Shown piece after piece: positions 51,626 to 63,400 of a stretch of DNA of 64,000 bases. A program made the translations under genes and the position numbers. The notes under the pieces were generated by a model. The model made no database searches, was not told where the DNA came from, and worked only from the letters and a program-made list of their open reading frames with translations. The stretch spans positions 192,001 to 256,000 of the forward strand of contig JAYFMW010000007.1 of the NCBI GenBank assembly GCA_042408215.1, given 5' to 3'. The stretch comes from Microcoleus sp. (GTDB taxonomy: Bacteria; Cyanobacteriota; Cyanobacteriia; Cyanobacteriales; Microcoleaceae). Each line of letters starts with the position of its first letter. Position 1 is the stretch's first letter.

Positions 51626-53255
51626 ATGTCTTTGCCGCGTCTGTTAACCTTAATTGCTGCTTTTTGCCTCACCCTGGGGCTGATTATTGGGCTGGTGAGT
51701 TCCTTAACTGGACTTTACACTCAAGTTGCGCTCGTCTGCGTCTCCGCTGCTGGCTAATTTGCTGATCTTGGCGGTAATTGTACTTTTGGGCACGCTAATT
51801 TTTGCGCTTTTCTATTATTTAAGGCTGCTGCAAAGCCCTCAAAAAGTTAAGGGAAAACGAGTCTTAAAGCCCAAGATTCCAGTTGTGAAAACTGAGGCGG
51901 CTTCGGAAAATTTGAAAGCAATTAGACAACAAGTCGATCGCATTCAAGATGAAGTCGCGCGGCAAGCTTTGCTGTTGAGAGCACGGGAAATAGAAGCTAG
52001 TATGGCTCGCGGTAGCATTCGGATAGTTGTTTTCGGTACCGGTTCTGCGGGTAAAACTTCTGCTGTAAATTCGCTGGTGGGGCGGATGGCGGGACAGGTA
52101 GGCGCCCCTATGGGAACTACTGAAGTCGGAGAAACTTATACTCTCAAATTGAAAGGAATTGAGCGAGAATTGGCAATTACTGATACACCGGGAATTTTGG
52201 AGGCGGGAATAGCGGGAACTTACAGAGAGGAATTGGCGAGACAGTTGGCGGCGCAGGCAGATTTGATCTTATTTGTTTTGGATGGCGATTTGCGAAAATC
52301 TGAGTACGAACCGCTGCGAACTTTGGCGGAAATTGGCAAAAGGTCGATCGTAGTTTTTAATAAAGTTGACCTTTATCCAGACAGCGACAGAGATGCAATT
52401 CTCACTAGACTCCGGGAACGAGTTAAGGGTTTTGTCTCAGCAATGGATGTGGTAGCCATTAGCGCCAATCCCCAAAAAGTTGTGCTAGAAGATGGGACGA
52501 TTTTTCAGCCAGACCCGGATATTATGCCATTAATTCGGCGCGTGGCTGCGATTTTGCGAGCCGAAGGAGAAGACTTAATTGCTGATAATATTTTGCTCCA
52601 ATCTCAGCGCCTCGGAGAGCAAGCTCGCAAGTTAATTGACGTTCAAAGGCGCAGGCAAGCTGATAAAGTAGTAGAGCGATTTCAGTGGCTCGGTGCTGGC
52701 GTAATTGCGGTAACGCCTTTACCCGTTGTAGATTTACTAGCGACAGCAGCAGTTAACGCTCAAATGGTAGTAGAAATTGCTAAAATTTACGGCTGCGAAT
52801 TAACAATCGATCGCGCTAAAGAATTAGCATTTTCTCTCGCCAAAACCCTAGCCAGTTTGGGAATAGTTGAAGGTGTAATTCAAGTAGTATCAAGGGCGCT
52901 TCAGTTAAGCGTAGCTGGGTTTTTACTTGGTAAGGCAATTCAAGCAGTCAGCGCCGCTTATTTAACCAGAATTGCAGGTAAAAGTTTTATTGAATATTTT
53001 CGCCATGACCAAGATTGGGGCGATGGCGGTATCGCAGAAGTCGTGCAAAGACAGTTTCAATTAAATCGGAAAGACGAGTTTGTTAAAGCATTTGTCAAAG
53101 ATGCGATCGCCCGCGTCGTCGAACCTCTGAATATTTATCAGCAGGCACCGGAACCGGAATTAGAAATGGTAGCAGAAATAGAATCAGAACCCTTATACCA
53201 TCAGCAAGACGACGATTGGGAAACTCACAGCAACCAGCGAAACGATGATTGGTAA
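51626..53255 (+). CDS. YcjF/DUF697-associated small GTPase, with an apparent frameshift near 51735
   Basis: GTGSAGKTS, DTPG, NKVD; TPLPVVD (DUF697). A TM-encoding ATG frame at 51626 stops at about 51757, out of frame with the main ORF 51726..53255. Confidence 0.8.
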
Positions 53256-53278
53256 TTGGGCGAAGCGAAGCTCCGGGA

Positions 53279-53314
53279 TGGGGCATGGGGCATGGGGCAT
53301 GGGGCATGGGGCAT
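53279..53314. repeat. (GGGGCAT)x5 STRR
   Basis: Direct tandem heptamers. Confidence 0.9.
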
Positions 53315-53666
53315 CGGGAATTGTCACAATTTTAGATTTAAGATTTTAGATGGATTAGTAATTTTCATCGAAAATCGCAAATCGGACATCGAAAATCGGA
53401 TGGGGAATTTGCCATAATTTCTGGCAGCCCGATTTAAACCTTCGATCAACATGGTTTGCACTAAAGAAACGGGTACCATCGTTCAATGAGATGCTCCCTG
53501 AGTCTGGTTTCTTGAATTTTGTTAAGAAACTTTACAATAATTGTACATTTTGAGCGGTTACTGAGGGGCTCAGGTAAAACTATCCTCAGAGCGATCGGAT
53601 CGAACAGAATTTTGATAAGATTTAAAGTCTACAACAAAATTTGGTATTGTCCGGCGAGGTAAAATA

Positions 53667-54596
53667 ATGAGCTATCGTCCAATTATTCTCGGTATTGTCG
53701 GAGACAGCGCAGCGGGCAAAACAACCCTAACACGGGGAATTGCACAAGTATTGGGCCCAGAAAATGTCACCATCATTTGTACAGATGACTATCACCGCTA
53801 CGACAGAACGCAGCGGGCTGAAATAGGGATCACAGCACTGCATCCCGACTGCAATTACCTCGACATCATGCAGCAGCACCTCAGCCTGCTACGCACCGGA
53901 CAAGCTATTCTCAAACCCATCTACAATCACACCACGGGTACATTCGACCCGCCGGAATACATCAAGCCCAGCAAATTTGTCATAGTTGAGGGTTTGCTGG
54001 GTTACGCCACTCGCACAATCCGCGATTCTTACGACGTAAAAGTGTATCTCGCTCCCCCAGAAGAGCTACGAACTCAGTGGAAAGTTAAGCGCGATACTAT
54101 GAAGCGCGGTTATACCGAAGAACAGGTGCTGGCGGAAATGTCCAAGCGGGAACCAGATTCGGAAGAATTTATTCGCCCCCAACGCAAGTTTGCAGATGTT
54201 GTAGTTAGTTTTTACCCGCCAGAAGAGGACAAAGAATTAAATTTGAGCGTCCGTTTAGTGCTGAGACCGACAATTCCTCACCCGAATTTTACTGAGATTT
54301 TAGACCAAGGGAGCGAGAATTTTCAACCGGCAATTCGCTTGGGACTCGATCGGGATATGGGCAAACCGGTTGACGTTTTGGAAGTAGACTCTCACGCTAC
54401 TAGCGAACAAGTAAACGAACTGGAAATGATTTTGTGCAGCGAACTGCCCCACCTGCGAGGCTTTTGCTCTACCCAAGGCAATCCTGAAATTGGCAAACTG
54501 ATTGGCACCACTGGCGAAGTTTTGCAAAGTTACCCGCTAGCTTTGACCCAATTGCTAGTTGCCTACCACATGATGAAAGCAATACACATTTATTAG
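53667..54596 (+). CDS. Phosphoribulokinase-family kinase (second, non-canonical PRK)
   Basis: GIVGDSAAGKTT, TDDYH, KPIYNHTTG, VEGL, KRDTMKRGY. Confidence 0.85.
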   Translation: MSYRPIILGIVGDSAAGKTTLTRGIAQVLGPENVTIICTDDYHRYDRTQRAEIGITALHPDCNYLDIMQQHLSLLRTGQAILKPIYNHTTGTFDPPEYIKPSKFVIVEGLLGYATRTIRDSYDVKVYLAPPEELRTQWKVKRDTMKRGYTEEQVLAEMSKREPDSEEFIRPQRKFADVVVSFYPPEEDKELNLSVRLVLRPTIPHPNFTEILDQGSENFQPAIRLGLDRDMGKPVDVLEVDSHATSEQVNELEMILCSELPHLRGFCSTQGNPEIGKLIGTTGEVLQSYPLALTQLLVAYHMMKAIHIY

Positions 54597-54812
54597 TTTA
54601 GTTAGTGGTTAGTGGTTAGTTGTTAGTGGTTAGTTGTTAGTTGTTAGTTTTTGGTTGTTGGTTGTTGGTTTTTAGTTATCAGTTCCAATTACCAATTACC
54701 ATTACTAATTACCAATAACCAATAACCAATAACCAATAACCAATGACTAATGACTAATGACTAATGACTAATGACTAATGACTAATGACTAATGACTAAT
54801 GACTAATGACTA
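54597..54812. repeat. STRR heptamer tracts (TTAGTGG/TTAGTTG, CCAATAA, AATGACT)
   Basis: Direct tandem heptamers between convergent genes; the next gene's stop codon lies inside the tract. Confidence 0.92.
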
Positions 54813-55315
54813 ATGACTTGAGAATCTGCAATTTTCCAGATGCCATCCCAATACTCTAAGGTATAGCGAACTAGCTTAGTATTAAAACTGCTACTATCGA
54901 CTTTGCCATTTCGGTAAAGGGTGGCGTCTTCGGTGATTCTGACTTCAAGAGTGGCTTTGTTTCCAGATGCTGCAAAGCGTTCGACGGATTCAACTTTTTG
55001 GACACCGTATCGGTACTGAGAATTACTGTTTGTCAAATAGTCGATCGCCTTGACGGTATCGCTATACAAAATACCTGTAGTCATTCTAGCCAGCAATTGG
55101 CGATCGAACGGAGGAGCAAATATTCTCTGCTTAGCATCCAGCCACCGGCTAATTAAATCCGAAGCTTGTCCGAGAGTAATATTCTGACCTTGACTGATAT
55201 AATTTTCGCAGTAAGTTGTTGCTGGTCGTTGTCCGGCGCAAGTAATATTTTCCGCTGTCGCCGGCGCCGCCAACCACAAAGGAGTTAAGATGGCGACTAG
55301 GATTATCGGTTTCAT
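54803..55315 (-). CDS. Secreted ARC6-like IMS domain (DUF4101) protein
   Basis: Signal peptide MKPIILV...APATA; WLDAKQRIFAPP...VRYTL..WKIAD. Confidence 0.75.
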   Translation of the reverse strand: MKPIILVAILTPLWLAAPATAENITCAGQRPATTYCENYISQGQNITLGQASDLISRWLDAKQRIFAPPFDRQLLARMTTGILYSDTVKAIDYLTNSNSQYRYGVQKVESVERFAASGNKATLEVRITEDATLYRNGKVDSSSFNTKLVRYTLEYWDGIWKIADSQVISH

Positions 55316-55469
55316 ATCTAAAACCCTCAATCATCATAAATTGACTTGATTTAGCCAAGTTCTAGGTGATAATTATGAGGAGATCATCTCAAACTATCGT
55401 GAGTTCTTCAGAAATTTTATCTACATCATTTAGTGGCGGAATTTCGGAATTTTAATTGTATAGTTTTTG

Positions 55470-55676
55470 TCACAATTGAGGATAAATCCTCGGTGCCAAG
55501 CTCGTCAGATTAGCAAGGCCCAATAGCTGAATCGGCTGCGAGACTGGCAACTGACTTTGAGGTGCGGGCAGCATTTCGCCTCGGAAATCTAGGAGGGTGA
55601 CGAGCAGCAGGTAGGCAACTGCTAAAATTAGAGAAATCACGCCAGCGATCATCGCAATAATTTTTGAACTATCCAT
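55470..55676 (-). CDS. Small single-TM hypothetical protein
   Basis: One hydrophobic helix followed by LLDFRGEMLPAP. Confidence 0.7.
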   Translation of the reverse strand: MDSSKIIAMIAGVISLILAVAYLLLVTLLDFRGEMLPAPQSQLPVSQPIQLLGLANLTSLAPRIYPQL

Positions 55677-55745
55677 ATTTAGAAAGATTGAAGTATAGCT
55701 AAACTTAGCTTAACATTAATTAGAATCAGACTTGAATCTATTTCT

Positions 55746-56735
55746 TTGACCAAAATGGAACCTCTTATAGATACATCAATCACCACCGCAAGCTCTGGAT
55801 CTGCCCCAGTAGTGGAAATATTCAATCTGGGGAAGTTCTATCGTACCGGCTTCTGGATGAACCAAAAAATTGAATCGCTCAAAAGTTGCACTCTGACAGT
55901 CTCTCAGGGGGAAACTTTCGGGCTTTTAGGACAAAATGGAGCCGGGAAAACTACGCTGCTGAAAACGTTGCTGGGTATAGTCAAGCCGACTTCGGGCCGG
56001 GCACTGCTGTTAGGGAGGCCTTTGGGCGATCGCACTGTGAAGCAGCGAGTTGGCTATCTGCCAGAAAATCCCTACTTTTACGACTATCTCACGGGCTGGG
56101 AATTCTTGCAATTTGTGGCGGGGCTGTTTCAAATTCCAGCCTCAGTTCAGCGACAGCGAATTCCGCATTTGCTAGACTTAGTTGGGCTCAGTCAATCGAC
56201 GGCTGTCAAACAACATTTGCGCCAGTATTCTAAGGGTATGCTGCAACGAATTGGCATGGCTCAAGCTTTGATTAATAATCCAGAAGTGGTGTTTTTAGAT
56301 GAGCCGATGTCGGGTTTAGATCCGATGGGACGCTATCAGATGCGGGAGATAATTTTATCGCTAAAAAGTCAAGGAAAAACTATTTTTTTCAATTCCCACA
56401 TACTCTCAGATGTCGAGAAAATTTGCGATCGCGTGGGAATTTTAGCCAAAGGTGAATTAATTTGCATTGGTGCGATCGAGCAACTCCTAGGAAATACAGA
56501 AACTTACCACGTTCAAGGTAAGGGCGGCCACCTGAACATCCTGCAAAAATGGATCCCAGATCTGGAAGTTGATAATGACTTGTGGTACGGTCACTTAGAG
56601 GGCGATCCTCAAGATTTTTTTGCTAAAGTCAGCCTCACGGGAGGGCAGCTAATTAGCATGAATTTAGCAAAGCCTACTCTGGAAGAGTTTTTTATGCAGC
56701 AACTCGAAGAAAGAGGTATTTATTCGAGCAGTTAA
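55746..56735 (+). CDS. ABC transporter ATP-binding protein
   Basis: GQNGAGKTT, YSKGMLQR, FLDEP, NSH. Start may be ATG 55755. Confidence 0.95.
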   Translation: MTKMEPLIDTSITTASSGSAPVVEIFNLGKFYRTGFWMNQKIESLKSCTLTVSQGETFGLLGQNGAGKTTLLKTLLGIVKPTSGRALLLGRPLGDRTVKQRVGYLPENPYFYDYLTGWEFLQFVAGLFQIPASVQRQRIPHLLDLVGLSQSTAVKQHLRQYSKGMLQRIGMAQALINNPEVVFLDEPMSGLDPMGRYQMREIILSLKSQGKTIFFNSHILSDVEKICDRVGILAKGELICIGAIEQLLGNTETYHVQGKGGHLNILQKWIPDLEVDNDLWYGHLEGDPQDFFAKVSLTGGQLISMNLAKPTLEEFFMQQLEERGIYSSS

Positions 56736-56859
56736 AAGGGGACTTTAAATACTCCTGTCCCCCCCTGATTAAGGGTAGTTAGGGGGGAGCTTACATACAG
56801 ACAAGAAATATGTTATGCTAAACAAAGACACATTTTTGGTTGAGCGGTAAAAAAAGATC

Positions 56860-57020
56860 AATTTCTCAGACAAAACTTCCCTAACCCTTTCCCTAAACAA
56901 ACGCACAGCCGCCCTTTGTCCGATCGCCTTACTTGGCTCTATCAAAGCGGGAATTTCGGCGATCGGCAAAAACGGAAAAGCCAAACTGTTCTCTCTCAGA
57001 TCGTAATTCCCCTCTACCAA
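56860..57020 (-). pseudogene. 3' remnant of a Uma2-family endonuclease gene
   Basis: GNYDLRENSLAFPFLPIAEIPALIEPSKAIGQRAAVRLFRERV resembles cyanobacterial Uma2 C-termini; no N-terminal part. Confidence 0.55.
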
Positions 57021-57407
57021 TAGACATCTCCCAAAAAGAAATAGTTGACCGATCGCTATTAAGTTCTAATGGAATTATAGTTGACTTTTCCTTCTTGACA
57101 GATGGGGATAATTGTGATTTATTAGATACAGCGAAAGCCGAGAGTCACGGCAAACGCATTGCAGATTCGTGGAATGATCCTATGGTAGGGGCGGTGGGTT
57201 TGGCTTGGTGAGCCAGCCCCCTGCCCCCACGCGCGGGGCTTTTGGAGCAACCACTTCTGGATTGCCCCTACAATATCATCCATTAATTGTGCAACGCCCA
57301 AACGCATACTCCTTTGGATGATTTCTTAACAAGAATTGATGGTTTTTAAATTTCGCCAGAGGTTATGAAAAAAACAAAAGTAGATAAAATTACTCATCTA
57401 ACTAGAA

Positions 57408-60400
57408 ATGGAAACCCAAATAAATTACTGGAAACAGCAATTACAAGAAGTTCCCGAATTATTACAATTACCCACAGATAGAACTCGCCCCAGCATACAA
57501 ACCTATACAGGTAAAACACAAAGATTTACCTTAAATCAAGAATTAACCCAGAAATTACAAAAACTCTCCACCGAGTCTGGGACTACTTTATTTATAACCA
57601 CATTAGCGGCTTTCGCTACTTTACTATACCGTTACAGTGGGCAGTCAGACATTTTAATAGGTTCACCAGTAGCAAATTCTCAATACGAAGAAATAGAGTT
57701 ATTTATTAATACATTAGTCTTAAGAAGTAATTTGGCAGATAATCCTAGTTTCTTAAACTTACTCAATCAGGTTAAAGAAACCACACTAAAAGCATATAAA
57801 AATCAAGATATACCCTTTGAAAAGGTAGTGGAAGCATTACCAATTGAAGGATCTTTAAGTCATTCACCTATTTTCCAGGTGATGTTTGTCTTGGAGAATA
57901 CCTCGATGAGTGAACTGGAATTACTAAGAAAAACTGGGAGTGAATCTAATCAAGATAACACAACGACTAAGTTAGATTTAACTGTCTCCATGACTGAAAA
58001 TATCCAAGGTTTAGAGGGAGAATGGGAATATAATGCAGATTTATGGGATCGGTCAACTATTGAGCGGATGGTTACTCATTTTGAGAACTTATTATCAGCC
58101 ATTGTTGCCGCTCCTGATCTGACTGTTAATGAATTACCCTTATTGAGCGAAACCGAACGCGATCAATTATTAGTAGAGTGGAATAATACCGAAACAGAAT
58201 ATCCTCAAGATAAATGTATTCATCAATTATTTGAAGAACAGGTAAAACTCACACCCAATGCCATAGCTGTAATATTTGAAGAACAACAATTAACCTATTT
58301 AGAATTAAATCAAAAAGCCAATCAAGTCGCACATCATCTCCAAAGCTTAGGAGTAAAACCTGAATCATTAGTAGGTATTTGTGTAGAACGCTCCCTAGAG
58401 ATGATAGTAGGATTATTAGGGATATTAAAAGCAGGAGGTGGTTATGTGCCCCTTGACCCAAATTATCCATCCGAAAGGTTGAGTTATATGTTGACGAATT
58501 CAAAGGTTGATGTGTTATTAACTCAACAGGAATTATTGTCATCTTTACCGTCATCTACTGCCAATCTAGTTTGTTTGGATAGAGATTGGACAACAATTGA
58601 ACAATATAGTCAGTCTAATCTTGAGACGGGGGTAGGTTCACAGAATTTAGCTTATGTAATTTATACTTCCGGTTCTACTGGACAGCCTAAAGGAGTGTCC
58701 ATGAATCATCGTCCCCTTGTCAATCTTATACTTTGGCAAGTAAAACAATCATCTGCTAAATATGGCACAAAAACAGGGCAATTTACACCAATAAGTTTTG
58801 ATGTGTCTTTTCAAGAAATCTTTGCTACTTTGTGTTCAGGTGGAATATTAGTTTTAATCAGAGAAGAAATACGCAGAGATGGGACAGCATTATTAAAAAT
58901 GCTCACAGAAGAAGCCATCGAAAGACTATTTCTTCCCTTTGTTGCGCTAGAACAGTTAGCCCAGAGTGCGACAAATACTCAATTTCTCCCTCAAAATCTT
59001 CAGGAATTAATTACGGCTGGAGAACAATTAAAAATTACTCCGACACTAATAGAATTTTTCAATAAACTTCCTAATTGTCAACTAGAAAATCAATACGGAC
59101 CCACAGAAAGTCATGTAGTCACAGCATTTTCTTTAAAAGGTTCTGCCAATATTTGGCCATCACTGCCACCCATAGGAAAGCCAATAGCCAACGCGAAAAT
59201 ATACATCCTAGATAAACAATTTCAACCAGTACCCATAGGAGTATCCGGTGAACTTTACATCGGAGGAGATGCAGTAGCTAGAGGTTATCTTAATCGCCCA
59301 GAATTAACCACTGAAAGATTCATTTCTAATCCTTTTGGTGGCGATCGCGAAGCGCTGATGCAAGCAGATCGCCTTTATAAAACAGGAGATTTAGCCCGCT
59401 ATTTACCAGATGGTAATATAGAATATTTAGGACGAATAGATAATCAAGTCAAAATTAGAGGTTTCCGCATCGAACTAGGGGAAATAGAAGCAGTTATTAA
59501 CAACCATCCTCAAGTTCAACAGGCTGTAGTTATAGCCAGAGAAGATATTCCCGGAAACAAACGCTTAGTCGCTTATGTAGTTCCCAAACTCAAATAATAG
59601 TTTTACCTCAGATCAAGAACTCGATGCTAGCACAAGTGGCACAGTGGCAGCAAATCTGGAATACAAACTATAGCCAAACCGCATCGGACTTTGATCCTAC
59701 CTTCAATACTATAGGTTGGCGAGATAGTTATACAGGTCAAGCTATTCCTAAACAAGAAATGCGTCAATGGCTGGATACTACAGTAGAACGTATTCTTACC
59801 TGGAAACCAGACCGAGTTTTGGACATTGGTTGTGGAACGGGAATGCTTTTGTTTCAAATTGCGCCCAAGTGTTCTTATTATCTGGGGACTGATTTTTCTT
59901 CTCAGGTTTTGTCTTATGTAGAACAACAGTTAGAAAAGTTAGACGGAAATTGGTCACAAGTTTCTCTTTCCCAGAGAACAGCAGATAATTTTGAAGGCAT
60001 TGAACCTGCTTCATTTGATACTGTAATTATCAATTCCGTAATCGAATTATTTCCTAGCATCAATTACTTAAGTGATGTTTTAAAAAAAGCGATCCATGCG
60101 GTTAAAAAAGAAGGGATTATTTTTATAGGAGATATCCGTAATTTCTCTTTACTAGAAGCTTTCTATGCTAAACTTGAATTAGATAAAGCTTCAGATTTGC
60201 TATCAACAAAAGAGTTACAGCCGTACATTTTTGATAGCATGGGTAAGGCGGATCAATTATTGCTAAGTCCAGATTTTTTCATAGCACTAAAGCAACATTT
60301 TCCTTCCATCAGTCATGTGCAAATTCAACTCAAGCGCGATCGTCTACCATAATGAGATATCGAAATTCCGCTATGATGTTATTCTTCATATAGAAAAACA

Positions 60401-63400
60401 GGTTTTTCCCACAGCAGAATTTCAGTGGTTAGACTGGCAAAAAAATGACCTAACTGTGTCAGCAGTCCGTGATTTACTTAAAGAAACAAAACCAGAACTT
60501 TTAGGCATAAAGAATATACCTAACCCTCGTTTGAGTCAAGAAATCAAGCTTTTAGATTTATTGCATAGTGACACAGGATTAACTACAGTAGGTGAATTAC
60601 GATCGGCATTACAGGGTTGGGAAAATGATGGGATAGAACCTGAAGATTGGTGGGATTTAGGCACTGAGTTATCTCAGAATGTTTATATTAATTGGTCTGA
60701 GGTTAAGGGTTGCTATAATGTAGTTTTTCAATTAGGGGAAAAACTTTTCGACCATTCCCTAGGTAATATTCAGATTAAACCTTGGCTGAGTTATGGTAAT
60801 AATCCTCTGCAAAGCAAAATAGTAGGTAATTTAGAACAAAAATTGCGGACTGATTTGAAAAAAAGTCTCCCTGACTATATGGTGCCCACAGCTTTTGTTA
60901 TCCTCGATCAAATGCCACTAACACCAAGTGGTAAAGTGGATCGTCGTGGGCTAAAAGCTCCTGAAAAGTGCCGCCCTGAATTGTCAACAGTTCTGGTTAT
61001 TCCCCGCACAGATAACGAAAAACTGATTGCTAATATTTGGCAGGAATTATTACAGATAGATTTAGTAGGAATACATGACAATTTCTTTGAGTTAGGTGGC
61101 CATTCTTTAGTAGCCACTCAATTAGCATCCAGACTAAGAGAAAATTTCCAAGTAGAAATACCCCTCAGAGTCATCTTTGAATCGCCAACAATAGCAGAAT
61201 TAGATCAGGCATTAAGCCAATTACTGCTCCTCAAAAAAGGATTGAATATTCCCCCTCTAAAACCTGTTACACAAGATTTCGAGCAAATTCCCCTATCTTT
61301 TCAACAAGAAAGACTGTGGTTTGTCGATCAATTAGAAGGAGCAAATGCTACTTATAATATACCAGTAGCCATCTCGTTAACTGGTAATTTGAAAATTCAT
61401 GTCCTCCAAAAAGCCTTGTCTGAAATAGTACAAAGACATGAGGTATTAAGAACTAGCTTCCCAACAGTTGACGGCACACCAAGACAGATAATCGATCCAG
61501 AAGCTACCCTAAATATTAAGGTGACAGACTTACAGCATCTTGAAGAAACAGAACGCCAAACCGTATTAAAACAAGAACTACAACAACAAGCAAATATTCC
61601 CTTTAATTTAGAAGAAGCCCCCTTAATCAGATGTAGTTTATGGCAGTTATCTCAAACCGAATATGTGTTATTAATAACAATGCACCATATTGTGTCAGAT
61701 GGCTGGTCATTAGGAATATTGAATCAAGAAATTTCAACTTTATATAAAGCTTTTCTAGCAGGGAAATCATCACCTTTAGAAAAATTACCCGTGAACTATG
61801 CAGATTTTTCTGTTTGGGAAAAACAATGGTTAAGGGGAGAAATATTAGAAACTCAACTCAATTACTGGAGACAACAATTGCAAAATGCTCCAGAATTATT
61901 ACAATTACCTACAGATCGCCCTAGACCCAATATACAGACTCACAAAGGGAAAACCCAAAGATTTCTCTTAAACACAGAGTTAACCCAAAAAATCCAGAAT
62001 CTAGCCAATGAGTCAGGGAAAACTTTATTTATGACTTTGTGGGCAGCTTTTACCACATTACTATATCGTTACAGTGGACAATCAGATATTTTAATTGGGT
62101 CATCAATAGCTAATCGTAACCGCAGTGAAATCGAGTCATTGATAGGTTGTTTTGTGAATACTTTGGTCTTAAGAAGTAACTTTGAAGACAATCCTAGTTT
62201 CTTAGAATTACTCAACCAAGTTAAAGAAACTACACTTAAAGCTTATGAACATCAAGATGTACTCCTTGAACAAGTATTACCATCACATAGGTCTTTGAGT
62301 TATTCCTATCTATTCCAAGTAATGTTTATTCTCCAACCCCCAGTAGTAGAATTAGAACTACCAGGGATAATTTGTCATCAGTTATATCAAGAAAGCGCGG
62401 TCTCTAAGTTTGATTTAACAGTCTCAATAACGGAAACATTTCAAGGCTTAGAAGGCGAATGGGAATATAAGACAGATTTATGGGATGACTCAACTATTAA
62501 GCGGATGGCTAGTCATTTTGAAAACTTATTATCAGCGATTGTTACTCATCCTTATAAGACTGTTAATGAGTTACAATTATTGAGCGAAACAGAACGCCAT
62601 CAATTATTAGTAGAGTGGAATAATACCCAAACAGCATATCCCCAAGATAAATGTATTCATCAATTATTTGAAGAGCAGGTAAAACTCACACCCAATGCGA
62701 TCGCGGTAGTCTTTGAAGAACAACAATTAACCTATTTTGAGTTAAATCAAAAAGCCAATCAAGTAGCACGTCATCTCCAAAGCTTGGGAGTAAAAGCTGA
62801 ATCCTTAGTAGGGATTTGTGTAGAACGTTCTCTTGAGATGGTAATTGGAGTGTTAGGGACATTAAAAGCGGGTGGTGCTTATGTGCCGCTTGACCCAAAT
62901 TATCCAGCCGAAAGATTGAGTTATATGTTGACTAATTCAAGAGTTGATGTGTTATTAACTCAACAAGATTTATTGTCATCATTACCGTCAACACCTGCAC
63001 AGATAGTTTGTTTGGATAAAGATTGGGGAGTGATTGAAAAATATAGTCATTCCCCACTTAATACAGATGTAAGTTCAAATAATCTTGCTTATGTCATTTA
63101 TACTTCAGGTTCTACTGGACAGCCTAAAGGGGTAATGATAGAACATCGGAGTTTAGTTAAAGCTTACTGGGGATGGGAAAAAGCTTATCAATTAAAATCA
63201 ACTACAACTTCCCACCTCCAACTTGCTAATTTTTCCTTTGATGTGTTTACTGGTGATTGGGTACGCGCTCTTTGTTCTGGAGCTAAACTTGTGTTATGTT
63301 CATCGGAAATACGGACAGATCCGGCTCAACTTTACAGCTTAATGCGTTATCAAAAAGTGGATTTTGCTGAATTTGTCCCTGCTCTGATACGTCCTCTGGT

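Noticed and set aside
53515..53545. NtcA site upstream of the PRK-like gene (TGTTAAGAAACTTTACA)
   Set aside because: Spacing and first half-site do not fit GTA-N8-TAC.
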